The notes under the pieces were generated by a model. It did no database searches and was not told the DNA's origin. It worked only from the letters and a program-made list of their open reading frames with translations. A DNA stretch of 64,000 bases from Planctomycetia bacterium. Lineage in GTDB: Bacteria; Planctomycetota; Planctomycetia; Pirellulales; JACPPG01. The position numbers and the translations under genes are program-made. Each line of letters starts with the position of its first letter. The stretch's first letter is position 1. Location: assembly GCA_016191115.1 (NCBI GenBank), contig JACPPG010000055.1, positions 25,018 to 89,017 on the forward strand. Direction: 5' to 3'. This document shows positions 25,130 through 33,920 of the stretch, piece after piece.

Positions 25130-25286
25130 CAGGGCCGTTCACAGATTCAAGCTTGCCGGCGGCGCACCGGCGGGAAAGTGGGACAGGCACCAAGACGCAA
25201 CGTTGGTCTGAAAGGACTTGCGCTGTTTATGCTCGGAGCCAGTCCCATTTTCCCGCATCGCCATTTTGAAAAACAGAATGGCCCTG
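25130..25286 (+). mobile_element. MITE-like element copy 1 (157 bp)
   Basis: Termini CAGGGCCGTTC ... GAATGGCCCTG (11-bp TIR). Flanked by a perfect 10-bp direct repeat ATGCGATGGC (25120-25129 and 25287-25296). Internal inverted repeat GGCGGGAAAGTGGGACAGGC / GCCAGTCCCATTTTCCCGC. Confidence 0.85.
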
Positions 25287-25379
25287 ATGCGATGGCGCGG
25301 CCGCTTTCAGAAACGTCGTCCACCGCGCTTGCGAAGCCCAGGACCGGCGCCCCCTGGCAGCACGGGGGCACGAAACGAA

Positions 25380-26879
25380 TCAGGTCAAACCCGGAATCGG
25401 GTCGCCGCTATAGATCTGGTGCGGGCGATCGACTTCGTCGTGCCACGCCGCCGTGGCCGGGATGCCCAAGGCCTGATAGATCGTGGCCGCCATGTTGTCC
25501 GGCTTTTGCGGCGCGGTTGCCGGGTGGCCGCCCGAGCGATCCGACGAGCCAATGACCGTCCCGCCGTGGACGCCGCCGCCGGCGAAGAACACCGTCTGCA
25601 CGGCACCCCAATGGTCCCGGCCCGGCTGCTTCGCGCCGGGCAGCGTGGAAATCTTCGGCGTCCGGCCAAACTCGCCGGCCATGACGATCAAGGTGCTGTC
25701 GAGCAAGCCTTCCGCTTCAAGGTCGTCGAGCAACGCCGAGAGCGCCCGATCGGTCGGTGGAAAGAGATAGTCCTTGAGGATCGGGAACATGCTCTGGTGC
25801 GTGTCCCATGTTTCGTTGTTGCCCAAGTTGACCTGCACCAGGTTCACGCCGGAGGTCACCAGCCGCTTGGCCATCAATAGCGACCAGCCGAAGACGTTGC
25901 GGCCGTAGCGGTCCTGCACGTCGGGTTCGGCGTTCGTAACGTCGAACGCGCGATACACGCGCGGATCGGCCAAGAGCGAGATCGCGTCTTGCCGGTAGCG
26001 GTCGAACTTCTCGTTCGTGGCCAGCCGCTCGAGCCCCTCCTGCTGGCAGCCCACTTGCTCGAGGAGTTGCAACCGGCGCTGAAAACGGTCGCCGGCCAGT
26101 CCCTCGGGCAGCGCCAAGTTGGGCGCCTGGAAGACGTATCCCTGCGGGTTCTCGCCACCGCGCTCGAAGTGGAAACCGTACCGCGGCCAGGCCCCGTAGG
26201 AGTTGGCGTTGAAGCGGCAAGCCTCGACGAACCACGGGTCGCGCTGCACCCCCATCAGGCCGCCGAACTGCCCCGGGATCACGCGGCCGGTGCGATGGAT
26301 CAACTGCTCGGGCAGGACGACCGCGGGCGGCAGGTTGTCGCGGCGCGGCGTGGCGGCGCCGGCCACGGCCGCGATCGACGGCCAGTCGGACGGCTTGGGC
26401 TTCGCGGAATCGAAGCCCTGCGGAATCGCCGACCGTCCGGTGAGCATCATCATGTGCCCGACCGAGTGGTCGTTCGACGGATGGGTCAACGACCGGACCA
26501 GCGCCCACAGGTGGCTGCGTTTGGCCAATTCGGGCAGGTGTTCGCTGATGTGGATTCCGGGAGTCCGCGTGGCGATGGGGCGAAACTCGCCGCGAATTCC
26601 GTCCGGAGCGTCGGGCTTCAGGTCGAAGCTCTCTTGCTGCGACAGCCCGCCGGACAGAAAGATATAGATGACGCGGGCGGCCTTGGGTGTTGCGCGAGGC
26701 GTCGCGGTATCCGCGGGCTGGGCGCCTGGGATATTTGCCCCGGCAGCCCGCGCGCCAAGCGCCCGCAGCGCCGCCAGATGATTCATACCCAACCCCAACA
26801 GCCCGATCGCGCCGGCTTGAATGGCGGCGCGGCGGCCGAGGCGTGGATGCTCTGGGACGGATGCCGGCCCGTGGTTCAT
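25380..26879 (-). CDS. DUF1501 (sulfatase-like) protein with Tat-type signal
   Basis: RLGRRAAIQAGAIGLLGL signal, then ...VIYIFLSGGLSQQESFDLKPDAP..., ...GEFGRTP..., ...GRDHW.... Start taken at MNHGPAS (26879); the longer track ORF runs into the upstream gene. Confidence 0.85.
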   Translation of the reverse strand: MNHGPASVPEHPRLGRRAAIQAGAIGLLGLGMNHLAALRALGARAAGANIPGAQPADTATPRATPKAARVIYIFLSGGLSQQESFDLKPDAPDGIRGEFRPIATRTPGIHISEHLPELAKRSHLWALVRSLTHPSNDHSVGHMMMLTGRSAIPQGFDSAKPKPSDWPSIAAVAGAATPRRDNLPPAVVLPEQLIHRTGRVIPGQFGGLMGVQRDPWFVEACRFNANSYGAWPRYGFHFERGGENPQGYVFQAPNLALPEGLAGDRFQRRLQLLEQVGCQQEGLERLATNEKFDRYRQDAISLLADPRVYRAFDVTNAEPDVQDRYGRNVFGWSLLMAKRLVTSGVNLVQVNLGNNETWDTHQSMFPILKDYLFPPTDRALSALLDDLEAEGLLDSTLIVMAGEFGRTPKISTLPGAKQPGRDHWGAVQTVFFAGGGVHGGTVIGSSDRSGGHPATAPQKPDNMAATIYQALGIPATAAWHDEVDRPHQIYSGDPIPGLT

Positions 26880-26968
26880 GTGCCGACCTCGTGGCATGGC
26901 GGGGGACGCAGGCGGGATACGCCACCACGCTAACAAATGGGCGGCCGCGGTGCAAGAAAACCAGGCGG

Positions 26969-27694
26969 CTACACCGCCACGCCGACCACGTGCCGCGCGA
27001 TGTCGAGCGCCGTCGTGTACAGCATCAAGCCTGCCAGGCACAGCCAGCCGGTGATGGCCAGTGGGTAGTGCAGCCGGGTGGCGCGCGGGTGCAGCTTTTC
27101 CAGGAGCGAGAGGACGATCTTGCCGCCATCCAGCGGCGGCAGTGGGAGGAGATTCAAGATCGCCAGGTTGAGGCTGATGATGATCGCGAATCGCGCCAGC
27201 CCGAGCGCGCCCGCCTGGGCGAATTCACCGCCGATCGCCACGATCCCGACCATGCCGCTGAGTTGATCCGGATGGCTGAACGCGCGCGGTAGCGAGGCAA
27301 GGAGCGTGGCCGTGATATTCGCCGTCTGGATCCACGGTTTGACGAACAGCCCGGAAAGCGTGGCGCCATCGACCGCCGCGTTCATCGCCGCGTAGAGCAC
27401 TACCGGCAAGAGCAGGTTGGCCACCGGTCCCCCGAGCGCGAACAGAATCCGCCCGGCGACCGGCAAGCGAAAATAGTCTTCCTCATTCTCGATGGCCGGC
27501 AGCACGTAGCCGCCGAGCGGAACCGGTGCGATCCAGTATTCCGTCCGGCCGATCTTCTTCCCCCACAGCTTCGGCCCGAAGCCAATCGAGAAGCGGGCCA
27601 CCGGGATGCCGGCGATCCACGCCGCCACCAGGTGCCCAAGCTCGTGGATCAAGATCAACCCGCCGATCAAGAGTGCGATGAGGAGGTAGTTCAT
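26969..27694 (-). CDS. M50 site-2 protease family membrane metalloprotease (no PDZ)
   Basis: LILIHELGHLVAAWIAGIPVARFSIGFGP (HExxH within TM1), polytopic, with LNLLPLPPLDGG near the C-terminus. Confidence 0.8.
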   Translation of the reverse strand: MNYLLIALLIGGLILIHELGHLVAAWIAGIPVARFSIGFGPKLWGKKIGRTEYWIAPVPLGGYVLPAIENEEDYFRLPVAGRILFALGGPVANLLLPVVLYAAMNAAVDGATLSGLFVKPWIQTANITATLLASLPRAFSHPDQLSGMVGIVAIGGEFAQAGALGLARFAIIISLNLAILNLLPLPPLDGGKIVLSLLEKLHPRATRLHYPLAITGWLCLAGLMLYTTALDIARHVVGVAV

Positions 27695-27842
27695 GGGGGC
27701 AGCAATTAGCAATTAGCGATTGGCCGGAGGGAACCGGACGTTCGACGCGGTGCGCGAAGAGCACCCTACCTACTGTGCACTGTCGGTGATTCGCTGTCCA
27801 CTGCAACTGGCCAGTCGCGGGAGACTCGGCTAAACTGGGCCG

Positions 27843-29759
27843 GTGATGAAACGAGCTTCGATGCCCAGAATCGCGACCCGTTTGGCGGCACTCGCGGTAG
27901 CATGCGCGCTCGTGCAACCCACGGCGATGCTGGCCGACGACGCAAGCGGCGCCGCCGAGACGAGCGACCTTTGGTCGTTGGCCCCGGTCGTGAAGCCCAA
28001 GGTCCCTGACGTCCAGCGCGCGGACTGGTGTGCGACGCCGATCGATCGGTTCATTCTTGCCCGGCTCGAGGCCGATCACATGGAGCCGGCGCCCCCGCTG
28101 GCCCGCGATCGGCTGATCCGCCGCCTCTATTTCGACCTGTGGGGCCTGCCCCCTTCGCCCGAGGACGTGCAGGCGTTCGTGGCCGACCAGGCGCCGGACG
28201 CCTACGAGCGGCTGGTCGATCGGCTGCTGGCCAGTCCCCGCCACGGCGAGCGGTGGGCCCGCTACTGGCTCGACGTGGTCCGCTTCGCCGAGACCAACGG
28301 GTACGAGCGCGACGCCGAGAAACCCTCCGCCTGGCGTTACCGCGACTGGGTGATCAGCGCGCTCAACGACGACATGCCGTACGACCGGTTCGTGCTCGAA
28401 CAACTGGCCGGCGACGAGCTGCCGGACGCCACTGAAGAGACCCTGGTGGCCACGGGACTTCTGCGCGTCGGCACATTCGACGACGAGCCGAATGACCCCT
28501 TGGCCTACAAGTACGAGCAGCTCGACGACCTGGTGAACGCCACGGCCACCTCGTTTCTGGCGCTTACGTTGCGGTGCGCCCGCTGCCACGACCACAAATT
28601 CGACCCGATCCTGCAAACCGACTACTACGCCTATTTGAACTTTTTTACCGCCGGCAAAGCAGCCGAAGGCGGCGTGCTGGGCTACACCGACAGCGGACGC
28701 GACGCTCCGGAAGTGAAGCTCCTGGGCGGCGGCGACCCACGCCGGGAAGGGGACGTCGTGCCGGCGCGGTTCTTGTCGTTCTTGCCGAAGCTCGCGCGAC
28801 CGGTCGAGCCGCCACCGGCCGACGCCAAGACGACGCACCGCCGCACGCAGCTTGCCCGTTGGATCGCCGATGGGGCGAACCCTCTCACGCCGCGCGTGGC
28901 GATGAATCGTCTGTGGCTGCATCATTTCGGCGAAGGACTGTGCCGGACGCCGGACAATTTTGGCGTGATGGGAACGGCGCCCACGCACCCGGAGCTCCTG
29001 GACTGGCTGGCGGCCAACTTCGTCGAGCACGGCTGGCGCGCCAAGCGGCTGCACAAAATGATCCTCTTGTCCAGCACGTACCGCATGGATTCGATGCATC
29101 CGCGGCAGGAAGAGTACGGCCAGCGCGACTTCGCCAACGAGCACTGGTACCGCGCTAACCGCCGCCGGCTGGAGGCCGAGCCATTGCGCGACGCCATGCT
29201 GGCCGCGAGCGGGCAGTTGAACCTCAAGGCGGGCGGGCCCGGCTTCTACCCCAAGGCCAGTAAGGAAGCACTCGAAGGGCTCTCGAAAAAAGGGGCCGAG
29301 TGGAAGGAATCCCCGCCCGACGAGCTGCGCCGGCGCAGCATCTACACGTTCACCAAACGGTCGCTCCTGTTGCCGCTTTTGACCGTGTTCGACTTTTCCG
29401 ACACAACGGCGCCGTGCGCCCAGCGTAACGTGACGACTGTCGCGCCGCAGGCCTTGGCACTGCTGAATAACGCGTTCGTACACGAACAAAGCGAGGCGGC
29501 GGCCCGACGCGTCGCCGCCGACGCCGGTGCGGATGTGCCAGCCCGCGTCGACCGCGCCTGGTGGCTGGCGCTATCGCGAGCGCCGACGGCGGCCGAGCGC
29601 GAGACGGCCGAGGCCCACCTGGCCGCGCAGCGCGAGCGGTTCGCGGCTAAGGCCGCGGCGGGTGGGTCGGTGCCGCATGGGGGTGACCCTGATCACATGG
29701 CGCTTGTTTCGCTCTGTCACGTGCTTCTGAACCTCAACGAGTTCGTCTACGTCGATTGA
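27843..29759 (+). CDS. DUF1549/DUF1553 (PSCyt2/PSD1) protein
   Basis: IDRFILARLEADHMEPAPPLARDRLIRRLYFDLWGLPPSPEDVQAFV...SPRHGERWARYWLDVVRFAETNGYE, CARCHDHKFDPI, and a C-terminal ...LLNLNEFVYVD. Confidence 0.88.
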   Translation: MMKRASMPRIATRLAALAVACALVQPTAMLADDASGAAETSDLWSLAPVVKPKVPDVQRADWCATPIDRFILARLEADHMEPAPPLARDRLIRRLYFDLWGLPPSPEDVQAFVADQAPDAYERLVDRLLASPRHGERWARYWLDVVRFAETNGYERDAEKPSAWRYRDWVISALNDDMPYDRFVLEQLAGDELPDATEETLVATGLLRVGTFDDEPNDPLAYKYEQLDDLVNATATSFLALTLRCARCHDHKFDPILQTDYYAYLNFFTAGKAAEGGVLGYTDSGRDAPEVKLLGGGDPRREGDVVPARFLSFLPKLARPVEPPPADAKTTHRRTQLARWIADGANPLTPRVAMNRLWLHHFGEGLCRTPDNFGVMGTAPTHPELLDWLAANFVEHGWRAKRLHKMILLSSTYRMDSMHPRQEEYGQRDFANEHWYRANRRRLEAEPLRDAMLAASGQLNLKAGGPGFYPKASKEALEGLSKKGAEWKESPPDELRRRSIYTFTKRSLLLPLLTVFDFSDTTAPCAQRNVTTVAPQALALLNNAFVHEQSEAAARRVAADAGADVPARVDRAWWLALSRAPTAAERETAEAHLAAQRERFAAKAAAGGSVPHGGDPDHMALVSLCHVLLNLNEFVYVD

Positions 29760-29772
29760 ACGGTCTCGGACC

Positions 29773-31257
29773 ATGACGCAATCCCACCAAAAGCGACTGT
29801 TCCCCTGCGGCGTCACCCGCCGCGAGTTCGTGTGGGAGATGGGGGCCGGCTTCGCGGGGCTAGCGCTGGCCAGCTTGCTCGACGGCGACGGCTTCTTTGC
29901 GAGGCACGCCCGCGGCGGCGAAGCGAGCGCAGCCACCGGCGCCGCAGCCGGTCCGCTCGCCCCGAAGCCGCCGCACTTCAAGACACCGGCCAAGAGCTGC
30001 ATCTTCCTGATGATGAACGGCGGGCCGAGTCACGTCGACACGTTCGATTACAAGCCCGGCTTGAAGAAGTACGCCGGCCAGTCGCTCCCCGCGGACAAGA
30101 AGTTCACGAATTCCGGCAATCGCAAGATGGGCTTCCTGACCCCGGCCTGGCGCGAGTTCCAACCCGGCGGCACAAGCGGCTTGATGATCTCGGACTATTT
30201 CCCCCGCGTCCGCGAGCATGCCGATCGCCTGGCGCTGATCCGCTCGTGCCACACCGACAGCCACGCGCACGGCTCGGCGCTCGTGGCCATGAACACGGGC
30301 AGCACGTTCATCGGCAAGCCGTCTCTGGGGAGTTGGGCCGTCTACGGGCTGGGGACCGAAAACCAGAACCTGCCCGGCTACGTGGTGATCCTCGACAAGC
30401 GTGGCGGTCCGATCAGCGGTCAGCCGAACTGGGCGGCCGGCTACATGCCCGCTTCGTACCAGGGGACGCTGTTCCGCCCGGTGGGGGACCCGGTGCTCGA
30501 CCTGCGCGGCCCCGCGCACATCGACCGCGCCATCCAACGCGAGCAGTTGGACGTGCTTGCCAAGCTGAACCAGCAGCACCTGGACGAGCGCAAAGGTGCT
30601 AGCGACCTGGCGGCACGGATCGCCAGCTACGAATTGGCCTTCCGCATGCAGTCGGAAGTGCCCGAGGCGGTCGACCTGAAGCAAGAAACGCAGGAGACGC
30701 TTGATCTGTACGGCGTCGGCCGCCAGCCGACCGACGAGTTCGGCCGCAACTGCCTGGTCGCGCGGCGGCTGGTCGAGCGCGGCGTCCGCTTCGTCCAGCT
30801 TTACTCCGGCGGCGGGCACCTGGAGGAAACGTGGGACGCGCATGAAAGTGTCGAGAAGAACCATGGCCGGCACGCCGCCGAAGTCGATCAGCCGATCGCG
30901 GCGCTCTTGTCCGATTTGGAGCGCCGCGGCCTGTTGCAAAGCACGCTGATCCTGTGGGGCGGCGAGTTCGGCCGCATGCCGTTTGCCGAAGGAGAAGGCG
31001 CGCCGGGCCGCAACCACAATCCCTACGGTTTCACCATGTGGCTGGCCGGGGCCGGCGTCCGCGGCGGCACGTCCTACGGCGAAACCGACGAGTTCGGTTT
31101 CGAGGCCGTCGCCGACAAAGTCCACCTGCACGACGTCCACGCCACGCTCCTGGCCTTGATGGGCCTGGACCACGAGCGATTGACGTACTTTCATCAGGGC
31201 CGCGACGAACGAATGACCGATGTCTACGGCCGGGTCGTGAAAGAAGTCATCGCGTAG
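29773..31257 (+). CDS. DUF1501 protein
   Basis: TRREFVWEMGAGFAGLAL signal, then ...CIFLMMNGGPSHVDTFDYKP..., ...GGEFGRMP..., ...GRNHN.... 13 nt downstream of the DUF1549/1553 gene. Confidence 0.9.
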   Translation: MTQSHQKRLFPCGVTRREFVWEMGAGFAGLALASLLDGDGFFARHARGGEASAATGAAAGPLAPKPPHFKTPAKSCIFLMMNGGPSHVDTFDYKPGLKKYAGQSLPADKKFTNSGNRKMGFLTPAWREFQPGGTSGLMISDYFPRVREHADRLALIRSCHTDSHAHGSALVAMNTGSTFIGKPSLGSWAVYGLGTENQNLPGYVVILDKRGGPISGQPNWAAGYMPASYQGTLFRPVGDPVLDLRGPAHIDRAIQREQLDVLAKLNQQHLDERKGASDLAARIASYELAFRMQSEVPEAVDLKQETQETLDLYGVGRQPTDEFGRNCLVARRLVERGVRFVQLYSGGGHLEETWDAHESVEKNHGRHAAEVDQPIAALLSDLERRGLLQSTLILWGGEFGRMPFAEGEGAPGRNHNPYGFTMWLAGAGVRGGTSYGETDEFGFEAVADKVHLHDVHATLLALMGLDHERLTYFHQGRDERMTDVYGRVVKEVIA

Positions 31258-31361
31258 GGTGCCCTGCGAGCACCGACGCCAAGCCGAGTCGTCGAGAGCG
31301 GACTGCGATGTCCGCTTAGCGAAGCCCAGGGGTGGCAACCCCTGGGGAAACGGACTGTCCG

Positions 31362-32630
31362 ATGGGAGACCGACATACCCAGCAACGAAGCGCGGACTTC
31401 GACCGTCGCGCGTTTCTACGCCGTTCAACGGCGGCGCTCGCTGCCAGCGGCATTTGGGCTAGCGAGTCGTTCGATCGGCAGCGCGTCGCGGCCGCCGACG
31501 CTGACATGCCGTCAGCCGGCGATCTGATCGCCGGCAAAGACCCGCGGCTCATTGTGCACGGCACGGAGCCGGCCGAGTTGGAGACGCCGCTGGCGCTACT
31601 GGCCGAGCATCGCGTCACGCCCACGTCGCTCCTCTTCGTGCGCAACAACCAGTCGCTCGCCGGCGCGGCGAACTTGAAACCGGCGGCGGCCGACGGCTGG
31701 ACCGTCGAGATCGGTGGGCTCGTCAGCCGGCCGGCCACGGTCGCCGTAGCGGATCTTGCCCGAATGGCGCACGTCGAGCATGAGCTAGTGCTGCAATGTT
31801 CCGGCAATGGCCGCGCCATGTTCTCCGCGGCCGCGCCAGCCAAAGGCGCCCCGTGGCAGTGCGGCGCGATGGGCAATGTCCGCTTCGCCGGCGTGCCGCT
31901 GGCGAAGGTCCTCGACCGGCTGGGCGTGAAGCCGAACGTTGGTGCGCGATTCTTGACGGCCGAGGGGCGCGACGCGCCGGCAAAAAGCGGCGAACCGGAC
32001 TTCGAGCACAGCATTCCGCTGGCCGACGCGCTCGAGCGGTCGATCCTGGCCCTGTCGCTCAATGGCGAGCCGATCCCCGCGGCCCACGGCGGGCCGGTCC
32101 GCCTCGTCACGCCGGGCTACTACGCCACGATGAACGTCAAGTGGCTCGGCCGACTGCGCCTGGAAGGCCAGGAAACAACCAACTACCACCAGGTCCGCCG
32201 CTACCGCACGCCCAAGGAGCCCATCCGCCCGGGCAGCGAGTTCACGTATGACCTGGCGAATAGCGACGCGAACTGGCGGATGCGCACGAAGAGCATTATC
32301 TTCGCGCCGCTCGATGGCCAGCGCGTAAAGTCCGGTCCGGTGGGAATTCGCGGCGTAGCTTGGAACGACGGCGCGGCGCCGATCGAGACCGTGCTCCTGG
32401 CGACCAGTCCGTCAGGAGCCTGGCAGCCGGCCAAGATCGAGCTGTCCAAGAGCCCCTACGCCTGGCAACATTGGACGGCCGAAGTCACGCTGGCGGCCGG
32501 CGACCAGACAATCATGGCCCGGGCGATCGACGGGCTAGGCCGCTCGCAACCAATTGCGGCCGCCGCACACTGGAACCCCGCCGGGTACGCCTTCAACGGT
32601 GTGCACACCGTCAAGGTACTGGTCGAATAG
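31362..32630 (+). CDS. sulfite-oxidase-family molybdopterin oxidoreductase (Tat-exported)
   Basis: Twin-arginine signal DRRAFLRRSTAALAASGIWA. LFVRNNQ..., ...LQCSGNGR..., ...GGPVRLVTPGYYATMNVKWL... are typical of the Oxidored_molyb domain. The C-terminal domain looks like the dimerisation domain. Confidence 0.78.
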   Translation: MGDRHTQQRSADFDRRAFLRRSTAALAASGIWASESFDRQRVAAADADMPSAGDLIAGKDPRLIVHGTEPAELETPLALLAEHRVTPTSLLFVRNNQSLAGAANLKPAAADGWTVEIGGLVSRPATVAVADLARMAHVEHELVLQCSGNGRAMFSAAAPAKGAPWQCGAMGNVRFAGVPLAKVLDRLGVKPNVGARFLTAEGRDAPAKSGEPDFEHSIPLADALERSILALSLNGEPIPAAHGGPVRLVTPGYYATMNVKWLGRLRLEGQETTNYHQVRRYRTPKEPIRPGSEFTYDLANSDANWRMRTKSIIFAPLDGQRVKSGPVGIRGVAWNDGAAPIETVLLATSPSGAWQPAKIELSKSPYAWQHWTAEVTLAAGDQTIMARAIDGLGRSQPIAAAAHWNPAGYAFNGVHTVKVLVE

Positions 32631-32650
32631 GCAGAGAGTAGGAAGAATAA

Positions 32651-32795
32651 CCACGGAGGCGCGCGGAAATGACGAATGTCGAAATCCAAATGTCTAAAGA
32701 AATCTGAAGCACAAAATCTGAAACGCTTCGAACTTTAACGTTCGTGCTTCTCTACCTACGGGCTTCGACATGCGTCATTTCGCGCATCTCCGCGG
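32651..32795. repeat. large imperfect palindrome with AT-rich core
   Basis: Arms CCACGGAGGCGCGCGGAAATGACGAATGTCGAA (32651-32683) and TTCGACATGCGTCATTTCGCGCATCTCCGCGG (32764-32795), ~85% complementary. Nested hairpin GAAGCAC...GTGCTTC (32706-32750). Confidence 0.8.
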
Positions 32796-32797
32796 TT

Positions 32798-32900
32798 AGG
32801 ATCGACCGGAAAATAACTTCTCCTCAATACCCTCGCCCCTTGCGGGAGAGGGCACCCGTGAGGGGTCGGAGAATCAGGAAGTTATTTTTCGGTCGATCCT
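32798..32900. repeat. second palindromic element (23-bp arms)
   Basis: AGGATCGACCGGAAAATAACTTC (32798-32820) and GAAGTTATTTTTCGGTCGATCCT (32878-32900) flank a GC-rich 57-bp core (CCCTCGCCCCTTGCGGGAGAGGGCACCCGTGAGGGG). Confidence 0.8.
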
Positions 32901-32926
32901 TAGTGCCCGATTTCCCGAGGTGCCCT

Positions 32927-33442
32927 ATGATTCGCAGAATTCTCGAGGGGCGCATCACCGCGGCCGAGAAGTACCTCGGCGCGCCGTGCGACTATATGCG
33001 GTACATGCTGCGGACGTCGCTACCGGCTTTTTTCAAGTTTGCCCGGTTCGCTCCGTTGGCCGGTTACAGGAGAGCCGCGCCAGTGATTCCGCTCAACGTG
33101 GCGCGGATCGTCGCCACGCGGAGCGAGGACTGCGGGCCGTGCGTGCAGATCGCGCTCAACCAGGCCAAGCGGGATCGCGTGCCGGACGACGTGCTCTCGG
33201 CCGTGCTCGCCGATCGGCCTGACGACCTTTCGGACGAGCTGGCCGACGTCTACCGCTTCACCGTGGCGGTGTGCGAGCGAAGCGGGATGGAGGGCGAATA
33301 TCGTGAGCGCATCCGCGAGCGCTACGGTGACGAGGCCCTGATCGAGATGGCCATGGCCATCGCCTTTTGCCGCGTCTTTCCGGTGACAAAGCGGGCCCTT
33401 GGCTACGCCACGAGCTGCTCGGCGGTGAAGCTGCGCGTATAA
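32927..33442 (+). CDS. AhpD/carboxymuconolactone-decarboxylase-like protein
   Basis: Start at ATG 32927; the upstream part of the track ORF is the palindromic repeat region. ...VATRSEDCGPCVQIALNQAK... is a CxxC in a helical context, as in AhpD-like proteins. Confidence 0.5.
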   Translation: MIRRILEGRITAAEKYLGAPCDYMRYMLRTSLPAFFKFARFAPLAGYRRAAPVIPLNVARIVATRSEDCGPCVQIALNQAKRDRVPDDVLSAVLADRPDDLSDELADVYRFTVAVCERSGMEGEYRERIRERYGDEALIEMAMAIAFCRVFPVTKRALGYATSCSAVKLRV

Positions 33443-33460
33443 CGCCGACGCGCGAATGGC

Positions 33461-33488
33461 GAGCCGCCAGGTTTACCCCGGCGGTCTT
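33461..33488. terminator. conserved GC hairpin (family copy 2), between convergent genes
   Basis: GAGCCGCCAGGTTTACCCCGGCGGTCTT. Its reverse complement matches 23662-23687 apart from one base in the stem and a few unaligned flanking bases. Confidence 0.5.
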
Positions 33489-33489
33489 G

Positions 33490-33786
33490 CTACCGCGCGG
33501 GAGAGGCCGCATCGGCCGGTTGCTTCGCCGGCGTTTTGTCGACCGGCTTTTCGCCGCGGATGATCTCCCCCGGATCGCGCTCCAGTTGCGGTAGCGGATA
33601 CGGTTCGCCGGCCCCGGGCAGTTCGGCCTGATCGTAGATCACGTGTCCCAGATCAGCCGGACGAACGCTTGGTTCGCAGCCTGTTGTCAAGAGCAAGGCC
33701 ACCGCGATCGTGCCGCGCAGCCAGCCCGCCGCACGGCATCCGGCCGCGGTCATCGTGGCGGGCGGCGCGGAATGGTTCGAGTGCAT
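33490..33786 (-). CDS. small putative lipoprotein
   Basis: MHSNHSAPPATMTAAGCRAAGWLRGTIAVALLLTTGCEPS (signal plus Cys), followed by a Pro/charged tail. Start uncertain (33786 or 33753). Confidence 0.4.
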   Translation of the reverse strand: MHSNHSAPPATMTAAGCRAAGWLRGTIAVALLLTTGCEPSVRPADLGHVIYDQAELPGAGEPYPLPQLERDPGEIIRGEKPVDKTPAKQPADAASPAR

Positions 33787-33920
33787 GCAATGGGTCCTTT
33801 TTGACGGCGGCGCCCGCCGCAAGCCTACACCGGCGTTTCGCGTCTTTTCAGCTCGCGCGGTCCATGATACCCTAAGCGACCGGGCAAAAAGAAGCGACGT
33901 TGCCAAAGAGGAGTCGAGGC

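Noticed and set aside
25147-25371. Short ORFs with near-identical peptides (…FSKWR.GKMGLAPSINSASPFRPTLRLGACPTFPPVRRRQA) at 25147-25371, 34641-34895, 46846-47103, 54595-54852 and 60408-60641
   Set aside because: They lie inside MITE copies in either orientation. The similarity reflects the DNA repeat, not a protein family.
27483-29489. 668-aa minus-strand ORF covering the DUF1549/1553 gene
   Set aside because: Antisense shadow. The plus strand encodes unmistakable PSCyt2/PSD1 motifs.
29860-31428. 522-aa minus-strand ORF covering the DUF1501 gene
   Set aside because: Antisense shadow with Arg/Ala/Gly-rich low-complexity translation.
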